From the NCBI GenBank assembly GCA_002104905.1, contig MCFE01000203.1, positions 66,708-130,707 of the forward strand: a DNA stretch of 64,000 nucleotides, read 5' to 3'. Below the pieces are notes generated by a model, which made no database searches, was not told the origin of the DNA, and saw only the letters and a list, made by a program, of their open reading frames with translations. Below, in pieces: positions 48,611 through 60,393 of the stretch (position 1 is its first letter; each line of letters opens with the position of its first letter). A program made the position numbers and the translations under genes. This DNA is from Basidiobolus meristosporus CBS 931.73. Its lineage: Eukaryota > Fungi > Basidiobolomycota.

Positions 48611-50917
48611 CTACGCTTGGGATGGCTGTTGGATTTTCAAGGAGAAGATGGCCGCTGCCAGCGCAGAAATTCCTCCGATTCGGAGAATCCAGCCAATCGC
48701 ACTGGCGCTATGATTGGGCTCCATGCCAGGTGTGTCACCGATGGGTTGCGAGGAATGCGACTCAAACAGGTAGAATATTATGCTGCTAATGAAGGTGATC
48801 ACGAATTGCGGAAAGACAATGTACATGTTGTGAATGCCAAGGATCAGACCGGCAGAATCACCCGTGTTTGTCTCGGGCTGACGATCATCCTCAACGTCCG
48901 CGTCACGAGCATCCCCCGTCTCTCGAAGTTGATGGTATTCCGTATCGGTGTCGGTAGATCCGCTGGGGTTCACCAGACCTCGTTGAGACCTCGCCAAATA
49001 CTCCCCTATCAATGAGAATGGTGCCCACAGTGTGACGGCCCAAGAAAACCCACAGATGGCGATAATCACGGTCGCTTCTTCGACCGCACTAACGGCCAGG
49101 GTGAAGATCATCGACATGGAGAAGATTACATGGGAAAAGGTGTAGCACTTGAGGAGGTCCAGGCCCAGGGGGTTCCAGTTGTTCGATTTAGGTGGATATA
49201 CGCTGCTGTCGTAGGACTCGATGATGAGAGGTAGTACGATAGACGTAGTCAGTGAGACCACGGCAAATAGAAATAGCGCAAAAGACCCAGCTCTGGTGGA
49301 TGCCCCGACAATGTCTTTGGTCTTTTGAAATGGATCAGACACAAAGAGCTCAGATACCCAGGTGGTGGAGTAGAATAGGAAGGGGAACCATCCGATCCAA
49401 GCGTAGAATTGGGTGTTGCATATTTGCTGGATTGGCTCTGGAAGTGTACGAAGGGACTTGATGATCTGAAACAGGGTTTGGAAAGGGGAGTTGCTGTGGC
49501 GCACAAAAGGTTAGCGTCGGCTTCATACCATGTAGCCATACGAATCTCACCTCACAGCCTCTCCGAGATCTGAGCGGTCGATCTTTCTTTCTTTGACACA
49601 AAGGCTGGTGACGCCGATGGTGAAAAACAGGGTCAGTGATGCAACCATACAGAGAACCTTCAGTTGAGTGTTTCCAAGGAACGGGAACAAAGACACCAAG
49701 TCGATAGATCCCCTAGACACATCCGGGGGTTAGTAAGAAATGCGGGCTCGAGCGATGCGTACAAGAACGTACATGAAGTATCCGAACACATTGCCGAACC
49801 CAATCATACGGCCTGCCCAGGCATTTCCGGATTCTTGTTTGGATGGAGGGAGTACATCGACAATCAAAGCCCGGCAGCTGGCTTGAACTGAAAGGATAGC
49901 ATGGGGTTTAGCTTCGCTCCAAACAAAATGCATGCGTACAGCGGCGCCATACCAGAATTAATCGCAAAATCCAGCAGGTAAAACGCTAATACCGCTAGAG
50001 TGACAACCAATCGCCCCTGGGTAGTTGGGATGGTGGTTTTAGACATACGCGCCTTTACGTTGATGGTCACAACATACCTCGCTAACGCCGAAAAAGAAAT
50101 TGATGATTTCTCGCGACCAACCGATGATGATAAAGGAGAAAAACACCGCGATGCTTCCCCCAATCATGAAAGGTCGTCGTCGGCCAATGGAGGAGGTGCA
50201 CCTGTCGCTATAAACTCCAACTATGGGCTGCATAATGAGTCCTAAAAGGCTTCTTAGAATCACTTGACAGAAGGCCACTTGAAAGGAAGCAGTGATATAC
50301 CAGATAATGGTCCGGCCAGCCAAACAAGCGACATCACTGATTTTGAAATTCCAAGAGATAGTAGGTAGGGTGTGCCTGATAAGATAATCCATTGATAAAA
50401 GTGCTCAAGTTCATCAAGATGCTTTTGCCTACCAACCATAAGACATTTCCACTGTCCCTGGAGGGTTGCAAGGGAGACGAGAAAATAGAGAGCGTTAGCA
50501 TGTTGCATCAATTCTAAGCGTGTGTAAGAGCGGCAAGAAGTCCGGTTCATCGCCAGAGAAAGTACGATATCAGGGGCAGACTTACAGGTAAATTGATATC
50601 TATGTGAACGAAGTCAGCCTTGTTTGCAAACTAAACTACTTCGCAAAAGTCACCTACCCCGCAAAACATAAGGTCAGCAAAAATATTCGCCAGCTTTCTT
50701 GAAAGGAATTGGAAGTTATGAATTGGAGAACCAGGCGATCTGGCCGAAGCAGAGATCTCGGCGCTGAGTTATTTGATGACCGTTGGCCTCCTAAGTTCGA
50801 AGAGCGATGTCGTAAACTGAGTAAAATTGGCGTGTCATCATCGGAGTATCGCGGCGGTAGCTCTTCAGAGGATCTGGGGGCCGCCTGAGTAGAGTACATT
50901 GTCTTGAGAAACGTCAT
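48611..50917 (-). CDS. GPH/MFS sucrose/alpha-glucoside transporter (Sut1/SUC-like), multi-exon
   Basis: GTPYLLSLG, VWLAGPLSG, QPIVGVYSDRCTSSIGRRRPF, QFYAWIGWFPFLFY. Confidence 0.87.
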
Positions 50918-51193
50918 GCATGGTATGAATTAGAAGAACTAATTGTGAGCAAGTTGGTTTCTATATCATAACAGGCGTGTACTTGGTGGAGTCTGGCTGA
51001 TTATCAAATGGATTTGGAAGGTTCCATGGTGACTGTTCGAATGAAAATAACAAATAGTCCAATTGGATGTTTAAAAATAGCGTATATTAATTAAATAGTA
51101 GGAAAATTAAGCAAAGCCAGAGCGGAATTAAAATACATCGAAATATCGGTTACAAAACCAGTTCACACTGCTAATTTGTACATATGAGTGGGA

Positions 51194-53002
51194 TTATTCA
51201 ATCACCTCCAACTTGGGTCGCTTTCTTCTAGCGTCATATGAATAATCCGTGTTGGGGCGGACATTCTGGTTGGTGGTGAACATGATTGAGGGCAAAATGT
51301 TTCCGTTGCTCATGGAGTTCACGGTGGGTACTGCAAAGCCTGCCATCATAGAGATGTTGTAGCTGCTCTGTTGCTGGTTGCTCATTACAGGAGTCTGGTT
51401 GTACGATGGGGCAGAGGTATTGCTCTCGTTGTTCTCGTTGGTATAGATGTTGGTCATCACAGGAGGGAGGGTGGAGGCATTCAAAGATGGGTTGCGTGGG
51501 ATCTCACGCATATCTCTCATGGCGTGGAGATGGGTGCAATATTTCTCCAGCATGCTGAACAGGCCAGCTTTGGAGAAGGGCTTGGCCAGGATATCATTCA
51601 TCCCATTGGCCAGATACGTCATGCAATCGTTTTCGGTGGTATTTGAGGTCATGGATATGATCGGTGTAACAGAGTCAAATTGGCGGATACGCGAGGTAGC
51701 TGAAATCCCATCCAAATTGGGCATCACGATATCCTGCCATCAGAAGATCCATTAGCTGGATGTCAATGAAGAAGCATGCGCCGACAGAACTATACCATGA
51801 ACACGATGTCGTATTTCTCCAAATTCATCTTGTTAACCGCGGCCACTCCGTCGGTAGCGATGTCGAAAGAACAGCCAAAGATCTGAAGAAGCTTTCCGCT
51901 CAGTCGTTGACATATAGCGTCGTCTTCAACTAGCAGCACCTTGGGAGGGACTGACCAGCTAGAAAGATAGCCACCTCTTTGACCATCGCCGTCATTATTG
52001 CTGGCTCTGTTCAGGCCCATGGAGTCGCCGCTCTGGAAATGGTGGTCTGAGGTAATGTTGAGAAATTGCGATTTGGCTGGAGATGAGAAACGAGACAACC
52101 AACCTATGGGGGTAGAAGCGAATTGCTGCAGAATCTGGGCTCTTTTGTTTATCTCCTCGGCTTGGCTTAGATTTGCCTTGGATATTTCGTTGTAGGAGTT
52201 AAGAAGTTTCAGGGCCTCGGTCGACCCGGCAGAGTAGGGCGCGGCGTTTTCGTTAGATTCTGATTCAGATGGTAAGTCACTGTACCTCCGGCACCGTTGA
52301 AATCCTCTACTTACTTGACTCCTGGTTGACAAGATATTGGATAAGATTATGCATCAACTGATCTTGAGCCATCATGCTTTTCCGGAACATCAATATCTCT
52401 TCGATCACCATCTGGTAGTTTTTGCTGAGCGACTGGAGGTATGCCGCCATGTCGGACTGTGCTTTGGTGACGTTGTTCACCTGGAAGTGCAGGTCCTCAG
52501 CCACTGCTTTCATTTCATCCGGAAGGGAGCCCACGCCAGCCAGAGTCTTGTTCTTGTTCGGTATCTTACGCTGGTGGAGAGGGTTAGCTAGAAGAAGAGA
52601 GGCGAACCTCAGATAAGACATGTTACCTTGATTAACTCCAGCTGATCACGCTTATTGTACTGGAACTTGGGGTGCTGAAATTCCCAAGCCTATGTTGTAC
52701 TTAGTAAATGGCAACAAACACGGCCACTGCTGAGCGCGTCTTACCTGGTCTCCATAGGGCTTGTTACTATCCTCGGTGTTTTTGATTTTGTGGAAATCGT
52801 ATTTATTTAGTTGTCGAACAAAACTGGCGAAGTTATTATGCTTGAAATGCTTCGGCAGGATGTTTCTTGCGAACTCATTAGGCTCTTTAACTACAAATGT
52901 GTCCCCGTTCATTCCCCAAGACACTATGTGGCTGTGGACTGTATCCTCTAACATTCGATACAGCTTTTTTACAAAATCTGGAACACCCGGTGGAGTAGAC
53001 AT
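51194..53002 (-). CDS. SKN7: HSF-type DNA-binding plus receiver-domain response regulator (Skn7/Prr1/SrrA), multi-exon
   Basis: DFVKKLY..., FKHNNFASFVRQLNKYDFHK (HSF), coiled coil, VLLVEDD...DI..MPNLDG...NDILAKPF (REC). Confidence 0.9.
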
Positions 53003-54357
53003 TACAAGGGAAACAATGCAGTGTTGGATCGATGAAAAGATTGACGTAAATTCCGCACCGCTTCGTTTTATAGGCCTCGGAAATGGCTACAGGGGTGGTG
53101 TACAGTATTCCAATACATTAGACTCATCGTTGAATTTATCTATAAGAGCTTCCACTTCCACACTGGGAAATTGTCGATCACATCAGCCGCTCACATCAGG
53201 AATCCAGAACAGTTGTGACCTTTGAATCTGGAATCATGGGCCACCTGCCTAAGCAGTCAAGATGGAACGCGTTATGTATGGTTGCTGAGTGGCATTCAAG
53301 ATGTTCAAATGAGGAACAAATATGGCTATTCTTCTAAGCCTGCTGCGCTTGCGCGTGTGACAGCGCGTTTTCGATTCATGAATACTTATTAAAAATCAGT
53401 CTCCTATTTGGAAACACTTGGAAGGGTGGGTGCTGTAAACATCTTCGCTCACATTGCTCTCAGCATGCTCTTTTTCTTGGCTGCCCTTCTTTTGAGGTTG
53501 GATTCCAGAACCATGTACGGGAGATGTAACTAAGCCCAGAGCAAAGCTATCTACCAAGCAGCAATACAAGGCCTAGGCCTGTCCAGAACATTCTAGGCGT
53601 TATGAGGATTCATGCTGCCTAGATCACTCAGTATCGTGGTCATCTGATTCGCCGGGGCTGCCACAATAGTATTGGAAGTTATCGTGCTAACTGATATTTT
53701 AAAGTTGTTCCATGATGGAGGAGCCTATTGCTAGGCATAGTTTGTTCCATTGCCACTCGTTCGTTTCATAAACACTCACAGTCAATTATGATGTCACATA
53801 ATCTGTATCTGCTTATCGGATCCGACCTTGCACTGCATGAGCGTGTTCATCAATATAGCAATTAGGATCCTTGATGGCAAGTGGTAGTGAAACCAAGCTG
53901 CCTCACATTGTCTACGATTCGGCTGGCAGTTTCCTTTGATTTGCCAGATCCAGCTGATATATCCATTGCAAACAATACAGCCTCAACGATCCAGCTGATA
54001 TCTATTGGTCTAGATAGGTACTGGGTCCGCTCCGGTCTGGTTCACTGGGCTAGGAATCCCATTTCCCGGTATCCTTTTGAGCCAAGTCTAGTCGCAGATG
54101 AAGGCTATGTCCGTTCCTTGAAGTCAAGTCCCGATCCACCAAGGAGGTCAATGCTTCCATAATATTATGTCCTTTTAATCGAAATTTCTAGGTAACCCAG
54201 AGGCCCATATTTAGGGATGGCATTTGAAACCATGCGTGTTACTGTGAGGGGCTAGCGAGGGAGTGGCACGAGTTGAGTTACCCAAACTCTATTCGTAGTA
54301 CACATGCCGCTCTGCTATGTACAGGCTCGTTAAACTAGTGTACAAAGTGAACGTAGA

Positions 54358-55995
54358 TTATCTAAGACAGGCAGTCACGCATTCCAGAATGACCATGCGA
54401 TTTACGGGTTTTGATAAGTAGGCATTCATCCCTACCTCAAAACATCGCTCAATGTCCGTTTTGATGGTGTTTGCCGATACTGCGATGATAGGTGTTTGAC
54501 GGTCAAACTTCCTTATTTCTGTGGTAGCTTCGTAACCGTCCATCACTGGCATTTGGCAATCCATGAAAATCACCGAGAACTTGATTCGCTTGCAAACTTC
54601 AACAGCCTGCGATCCATCCACCACGGATGTTATGCTGATGAAATGATCAGTAATCTGCCGGCGCAATACTGTCTGATTGATCGCATTATCATCCACAATG
54701 AGTGCGGTAAGTCCTTTGAAAGCAGGGGGCCTCTCGAGAGCCTGTTGCACATCAAACCTCATCTTGATCCAAAATAAGGTCCCTATTCCAACTTCGCTGG
54801 TAACTCCAATGGTTCCTTGCATCTTCTCGACCAGAAATTTCGTTAATGAGAGGCCCAGACCGTGCTTCCAGGTATGGGATTCGCCAACCTGGCCGACTGA
54901 TTCGAACAAATTGTCCACCCTTTCCGGGGCAATTCCGCTGCCTGTATCTGATATCTGGATGAACAATAGCAGCTCACAATTGTCATTTGACCAATTCTCT
55001 ACGGTTACGGATATGGCGCCCTGTTCAGTATATTCTATTGCATTGTCGACTATGTTCCTGATGATCTCCTCAAAGCGTACCGCGTCCCCAACAACCACCT
55101 GCGTCATAGAGGGTGGCACAGTGAAGTTAAGCTCCAGGCTCTTTCGAGAAGCTGAAAGTCGAGTCTTTCTGTGAACGGACTCGAAGATCTTGATTGGTTG
55201 GAACCGAATGAATTCCAACGCAAGCTCCTCCGTCTCGATTTTGGCGATGTCCAGCATGTCGTTTGTTAAGCGCGATATCCGCTCACTACTTTCCTGCATA
55301 ATCTCCAAAAGTTGTCGCTGCTCCTCTGTCAGAGGTGAGGATTGCAGAAGTTCAATACACCCCGTAATCCCATGAATAGGTGTTCGAATCTCATGACTCA
55401 TGTGAGCAAGAAATTGTGACTTCATGATTGCCGCTTGTCTATCCGCCTCCAAATCCGCAACGAATGATTTTGCCTCACCCAGTGGGGAGGATCCTATCCT
55501 TAATTCCATACAACGGACGACATGTTGCGCAAGAGCCTCTAGCCCTCTCTTCTGTTTTGTGTCAAGCCTGTTCGGTTTGGTGTCAATCGCACATAGTGAC
55601 CCTAGAGCATGGCCCCGTGCTGATATGAGAGGCGCGCCTGCATAAAATCCGATTTCTTCGGATGATTCGCTTGTGCTCTCGATAAAGCGCAGGTCTTGTG
55701 TGGTATCATTTACAATTAACGTCATTTTCGTTGCCACGACATATGAACAAAACTCCACACCTTTCGCTCCTGGTTTGATGTTAGTGTTGTATCGTGATTT
55801 GACATAGCAGTGTTCGTCGGTGAGAAAACAAATCATTGCCGCAGGAGTGCCACACACTTGAGCGGCAAGGATTGCGATATCATCAAAAATAGGATCAGAA
55901 TCGGCTTGAAGTACATTGTACCTTGCCAACTCGTACATCCCATTGTCTTCTTCGTATATTCGGTTGTCTTGGGGCTTATAGATAGCTATCCTCAT
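54358..55995 (-). CDS. Hybrid histidine kinase GAF-HisKA-HATPase-REC, intronless (545 aa from the ATG at 55995)
   Basis: GAF (FDDIAILAAQVCGTP...FYAGAPLI), H-box MSHEIRTP, N-box NIVDNA, G1 DTGSGI, GLGL, REC LIVDD/FMDCQMPVMDG/LSKP. Confidence 0.92.
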   Translation of the reverse strand: MRIAIYKPQDNRIYEEDNGMYELARYNVLQADSDPIFDDIAILAAQVCGTPAAMICFLTDEHCYVKSRYNTNIKPGAKGVEFCSYVVATKMTLIVNDTTQDLRFIESTSESSEEIGFYAGAPLISARGHALGSLCAIDTKPNRLDTKQKRGLEALAQHVVRCMELRIGSSPLGEAKSFVADLEADRQAAIMKSQFLAHMSHEIRTPIHGITGCIELLQSSPLTEEQRQLLEIMQESSERISRLTNDMLDIAKIETEELALEFIRFQPIKIFESVHRKTRLSASRKSLELNFTVPPSMTQVVVGDAVRFEEIIRNIVDNAIEYTEQGAISVTVENWSNDNCELLLFIQISDTGSGIAPERVDNLFESVGQVGESHTWKHGLGLSLTKFLVEKMQGTIGVTSEVGIGTLFWIKMRFDVQQALERPPAFKGLTALIVDDNAINQTVLRRQITDHFISITSVVDGSQAVEVCKRIKFSVIFMDCQMPVMDGYEATTEIRKFDRQTPIIAVSANTIKTDIERCFEVGMNAYLSKPVNRMVILECVTACLR

Positions 55996-56788
55996 TCCTA
56001 TACTGACCGGGGTGATATAATTGATGGTAGTTGCAAGCAATGGAAACAGCAGCAGGCACTTATTAAATAGGAGAAAATCGAGATCGATGTTACTGTTGCT
56101 CAAACATATAATTATCTTCCGGAACGTTACCAGTAGGGGAGGTCGATGATAGCGATGTTAAGCACACTGGTCTCAACTTGGTGGATTTAGTTGTGCCGAT
56201 GTGTATTGAATCCTCGATTATAATACTCGTCTTAAGAAATAGCTGCCGATTGCTGTTTTAGATTCTCATTCTATTGGTGCATTGCCGAATCATTTCAACT
56301 CGCGTATGTCGCATTCTTCCATATAGCGATGGCTTGGTGTTATGAATTAGTGTATCCAGTATTGTTTTGCTTGACGAACATCTGATCCATATTAGGTAAT
56401 CAGCAGAGTTGTAGCTTTACCATAGTAAATGTACAGAGCGCTTGCAATCATGGATCAAGGAGTTCTCAGTATCCTGATGGTCCTGAATGATATCGCTGAT
56501 AAGTAGCGCATGGGGATTGGTGATTTGTCGTGTAGGACATCATGCCTTTGGTGGATTGATCGTCCATTTCAGATCACATCGGGTACAGCTGATTTTGTCA
56601 AGTAGATCATCAATATTGGCTAATTGATTCAAGTGAGCACAGCCGTCTAGCACAGCCGTCTAGCACAACCCTCCAATTTCGCCATCACTGCGCATTACTG
56701 AATATGTCAGCATATTGCCTTAGGACTTGAAAGCGTTTTGGAAGTTGGAACTCTTGGGGCTCTCATAATGATTTCAATAGATTGTATA

Positions 56789-57010
56789 TGTTGCAAATTT
56801 CGAAATTAATCCTAAATATTCCATGAACTTGTTCACTTGAATCGAAGCCTACAAATATTGGATTATTTTGCCCAAATTCTTTGTTAAGGTTTCTTTGGAA
56901 TATTTTACCAAAACACCAGGTACTCAGACATGAGGAATCTCAATGTGGTCCAAAGTCCTCAAACTTTGCACACATGCTCTTGGGAGCTTCCAAAATATAT
57001 TCTGCATGCT
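56789..57010 (+). mobile_element. Older, diverged partial LTR of the same Copia family, in opposite orientation to the adjacent LTR
   Basis: tgttgcaaatttcg...cctaaatatt...ccaggtactcagacatg...aaactttgcacacatgctcttggg aligns with 700-915. Confidence 0.75.
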
Positions 57011-57040
57011 TGATTTAGGGTTAGGGGGGAGACAGCTACC

Positions 57041-57389
57041 TGTTGTAAGAGTCTTGGAGATATCGGAAGTGATTGGGAGAACAAGTAGATTATGTGGTTT
57101 TCACTTAATGATTTATTGAATGTAAAAGTAGTATTTATACTTTTACCTGGTGTTGGAATTACAAACATGTAGAATAGGTTAAGGAAGGTCCTAAGAACAT
57201 GTGTGCAAAGTTTGGGGCTGTTTGGACAACTTATCAAATTTTCATGTTCTGGGTACCTGGTATTTTGGTGAAAATATTCTAAGTAAGTCCTGACAAGGAA
57301 TTTGGTCAGTATTCTCTAGGATTTGAAGGTAATGATCTAAGTGACTAAGTTAGGTGAATATTTAGGTGGAAATACAAATTTTTACAACA
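57041..57389 (-). repeat. 3' LTR of the Copia element
   Basis: TGTTGTAA...TTACAACA on the - strand, preceded by the PPT; matches solo LTR 700-1044. Confidence 0.93.
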
Positions 57390-59357
57390 CTCCCACTCAG
57401 CTAAATGTTCATACTGACTAGTCCTAATTTTGACCTAGGATATTCAAACTTGTCTCTAGCTAATGGTTTGGTAAATATGTCTGCAATCATTTCATCTGTA
57501 GGACAGTAAACTAAGCTAACTGAGTTACTCTCTATAGCTTCACATATGAAATGATGTCTAATATCTATGTGCTTGGTTCTAGCATGAAAAGTTGGATTTC
57601 GACCTAATTGTATACATCCTTGATTATTTTGAAATAAAGTAATAGGCGTTTTTTGACTTAGGCCTAAATCTGTAAAAAGCTTTCTTAACCACATTGCTTC
57701 TTTTGTAGCTTCACAGGCTGCCGTATACTCTGCCTCTGTGGTGGAAAGTGCTACAGTTGGTTGCTTTCTTGAATTCCATGAAATTGCTCCTTTACAGTAA
57801 AGAAAGGTGTATCCAGTGATGGATCTTCTGTCTTCTAAATTTTGTTCCCAATCAGCATCAGAGTATCCCACAAGATCCTGTTCTGAATCCTTATAAGTGT
57901 ATCTTAAGCAGATAGCAGCAGTTCTTTTTAGGTATCTATAAATCCACTTAACTGCTGCAATATGATCAGATCCATAATTCTGATTATGTTGGCTGACAAC
58001 TCCCACTGAATATGAGATATCTGGACATGTTCCAAGCATGATATACATCAGACTGCTGACCATAGATTGATAAGGAAAGTCAGGGCTTTCAGATGGCACC
58101 AAGCTCTCTTGATTTGGTTGAGTTTTGACCAAGTTAAGGTTTGTTTCCATTGGGGTAGCTGCCAGTTTACAGTCTTCCATTTGGTACTTCTTTAGTATAT
58201 CTTGAATATACTTGGATTGGCTTAGGGTGATAGTCTGGGTACTTCTGTCTATGGAGAACTTAATCCTAAGTAGTAATTAAGTTCTCCTAGATTGGACATC
58301 TTGAACTCCTTAAATAGGCTGGATTTGGTCTCTTCCAATGTTTCTAGGTTATTGGTGGCTATAATAAGATCATCCACATATAGAGCTAATAGAACTGGAT
58401 TTGCTCTATCTGGCTTATAGTAAATACTATAGTCAGCATTACTCCTTTTGAAACTCAAAGATTCTAAATAAGAATCTATCTTGCAATTCCAGGCTCTTGG
58501 TGATTGTTTGATACTATATAGTGACTTTTTAAGCTTGCAGACCAAATGTTGGTTATCTTGGTAAACAAGCCCATCAGGCTGGTCCATATACACATCCTCA
58601 TCAAGTTCTCCCTTCAAAAATGCAGTTTTTACATCCATTTGATGAATAAAAACTTATATTTGGCTGAAATAGCCAATATTAATCTGATGGAATTAAACTT
58701 GGCTACCAGTGCAAAGATCTCAGTATAGTCAAGTCCTTTTGTTTGAGAGTATCCTTTGGCTACAAGTCTTGCTTTGTATCTTTCAATTGTACCATCAGCC
58801 TTGTATTTTATCTTGAAGACCCATCTGCATCCAATTGATTTTTGGCTGATTGGTAATTTGACTACGTCCCAAGTTTGATTTTCCATCAGGGCCTGATATT
58901 CCTCAGCTATTGCAGATCTCCAAAACTTTGTCTGAGGGCTATTTAGGGCCTCTTTTACAGTCTGGGGTTCATCAATATGGACTGAATAGGCATAGGCTAA
59001 GCTTGTACCCTCATTGATATAGTAATTTGGGCTAGTTCTTGTCCAATTGGATCTCCAGGCATTTGATACTGGAATGATCACTTCTGGGATATTCCTGGGC
59101 ACTGATTCTGGCTGAACCACAGTTGTAGAGTCCTCTGGAGTGAAAAAATTTTCATTGTTTTGCTCTGATTCAATCCTGACAATTGGTGGACTTGAGATCA
59201 AATTTTTGTCATCATCTGATGTCATTTCTTGTGAACATTTTGAATTTTCATCATACAACACATCCCTGGACTTGATCAGCTTCTTTGCTTTGGTATTGTA
59301 GAGTCTGTATGCCTTACTCTCATTGCAGTAGCCCAAAAATATGCATTTTACACATTA

Positions 59358-60088
59358 GACTTGTTCCGTTGGATAGTGCCATCTTGAGCCATGAGTGCCA
59401 AATGATGCCATAGTGTGCCAGAGAGGCCAATTGAGCCTCTACCTGGCCACAGGGTGTGAAACATAGCTCCGCATCTTCATGCAAGGCAGCCCCTGTGTTT
59501 CACCCATTGTGTTGGAGAAAATCCATTTTTTGACCTTTTTTTTTGGATCAATGTTGTGCAGGATATGTTAGAGCACAAGCAGATTGAAGATATGCATCTG
59601 GTACTCAATACCCATGGCACTCTGAATCTAGCTCCAGTAGCTTGTATCATGTCACAAAAATGAATGGCACTATCTTGGTCCACTGGTACTATCTGGCACT
59701 ATATTTAAATATTAGCCCTAAAGTAAGATCTATACAAAGCACTTATAGTGCCAGATAGTACCAGTGGACCAAGATAGTGCCATTCATTTTTGTGACATGA
59801 TACAAGCTACTGGAGCTAGATTCAGAGTGCCATGGGTATTGAGTACCAGATGCATATCCTCAGCTCTCCTGTGCTCTTACACATCCTGAGCTACATTGAT
59901 CCACAAAAAAAGGTCAAAAAATGGATTTTCTCCTGCGCAATGGGTGAAACACAGGGGCTGCTTTACATGAAGATGCAGAGCTATGTTTCACACTCTGTGG
60001 CCAAGTGTAGGCTCACTTGACCTCTCTGGCACACTATGGCATCATTTGGCACTCATGCTCAATGTGGCACTATCCAACGGAACAAGTC
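59358..60088. mobile_element. Non-coding foldback element: two ~345-bp inverted arms, 40-bp spacer, TA target-site duplication
   Basis: TA|GACTTGTTCCGTTGGATAGTGCCA...TGGCACTATCCAACGGAACAAGTC|TA; removing it restores the Copia reading frame. Confidence 0.9.
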
Positions 60089-60210
60089 TATTTTGGCTCA
60101 AATTTTGACTGATTTCCGGTCAGTTTTTTGGCAAATGCTGTACACCTAAATATTCTTAGATGTTCCGCACTTGGTCTGTATCCATACCATGCTTCAAATG
60201 GAGTAGAATC

Positions 60211-60393
60211 TTAGGGGGGGGGACAGTCACCAACAGGTGAAATCTTTCTTTCAGTTGAAACAAAGAAGCCAGCTCTACTGTTGTAGCTTTGATACAAGAG
60301 TGTTAGGGGGGAGACAGTCACCAACAGGTGAAATCTTTATTTCAGTTGAAACAAAGAAGCCAGCGCTACTGTTGTAGCTTTGATACAAGAGTG
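60211..60393. repeat. ~92-bp tandem duplication of the LINE 3' terminus
   Basis: Units 60211-60302 and 60303-60393 are near identical and include the ORF2 stop. Confidence 0.92.

Larger units (their letters stand above)
57041..60210 (-). mobile_element. Ty1/Copia LTR retrotransposon, 3' portion (post-integrase region, RT, RNase H, PPT, 3' LTR), degenerate and interrupted
   Basis: TPFEAWYG..HLRIF, KCIFLGY, KARLVAKGYSQ, DVKTAFL, LYVDDL, GYSDADW, RTKHIDIRHHF, ADIFTKPL; polypurine tract GAGTGGGAG abuts the LTR. Confidence 0.95.

Noticed and set aside
56636-56661. 13-bp tandem duplication AGCACAGCCGTCT
   Set aside because: Only two units; could be an excision footprint or slippage, with nothing further to support it
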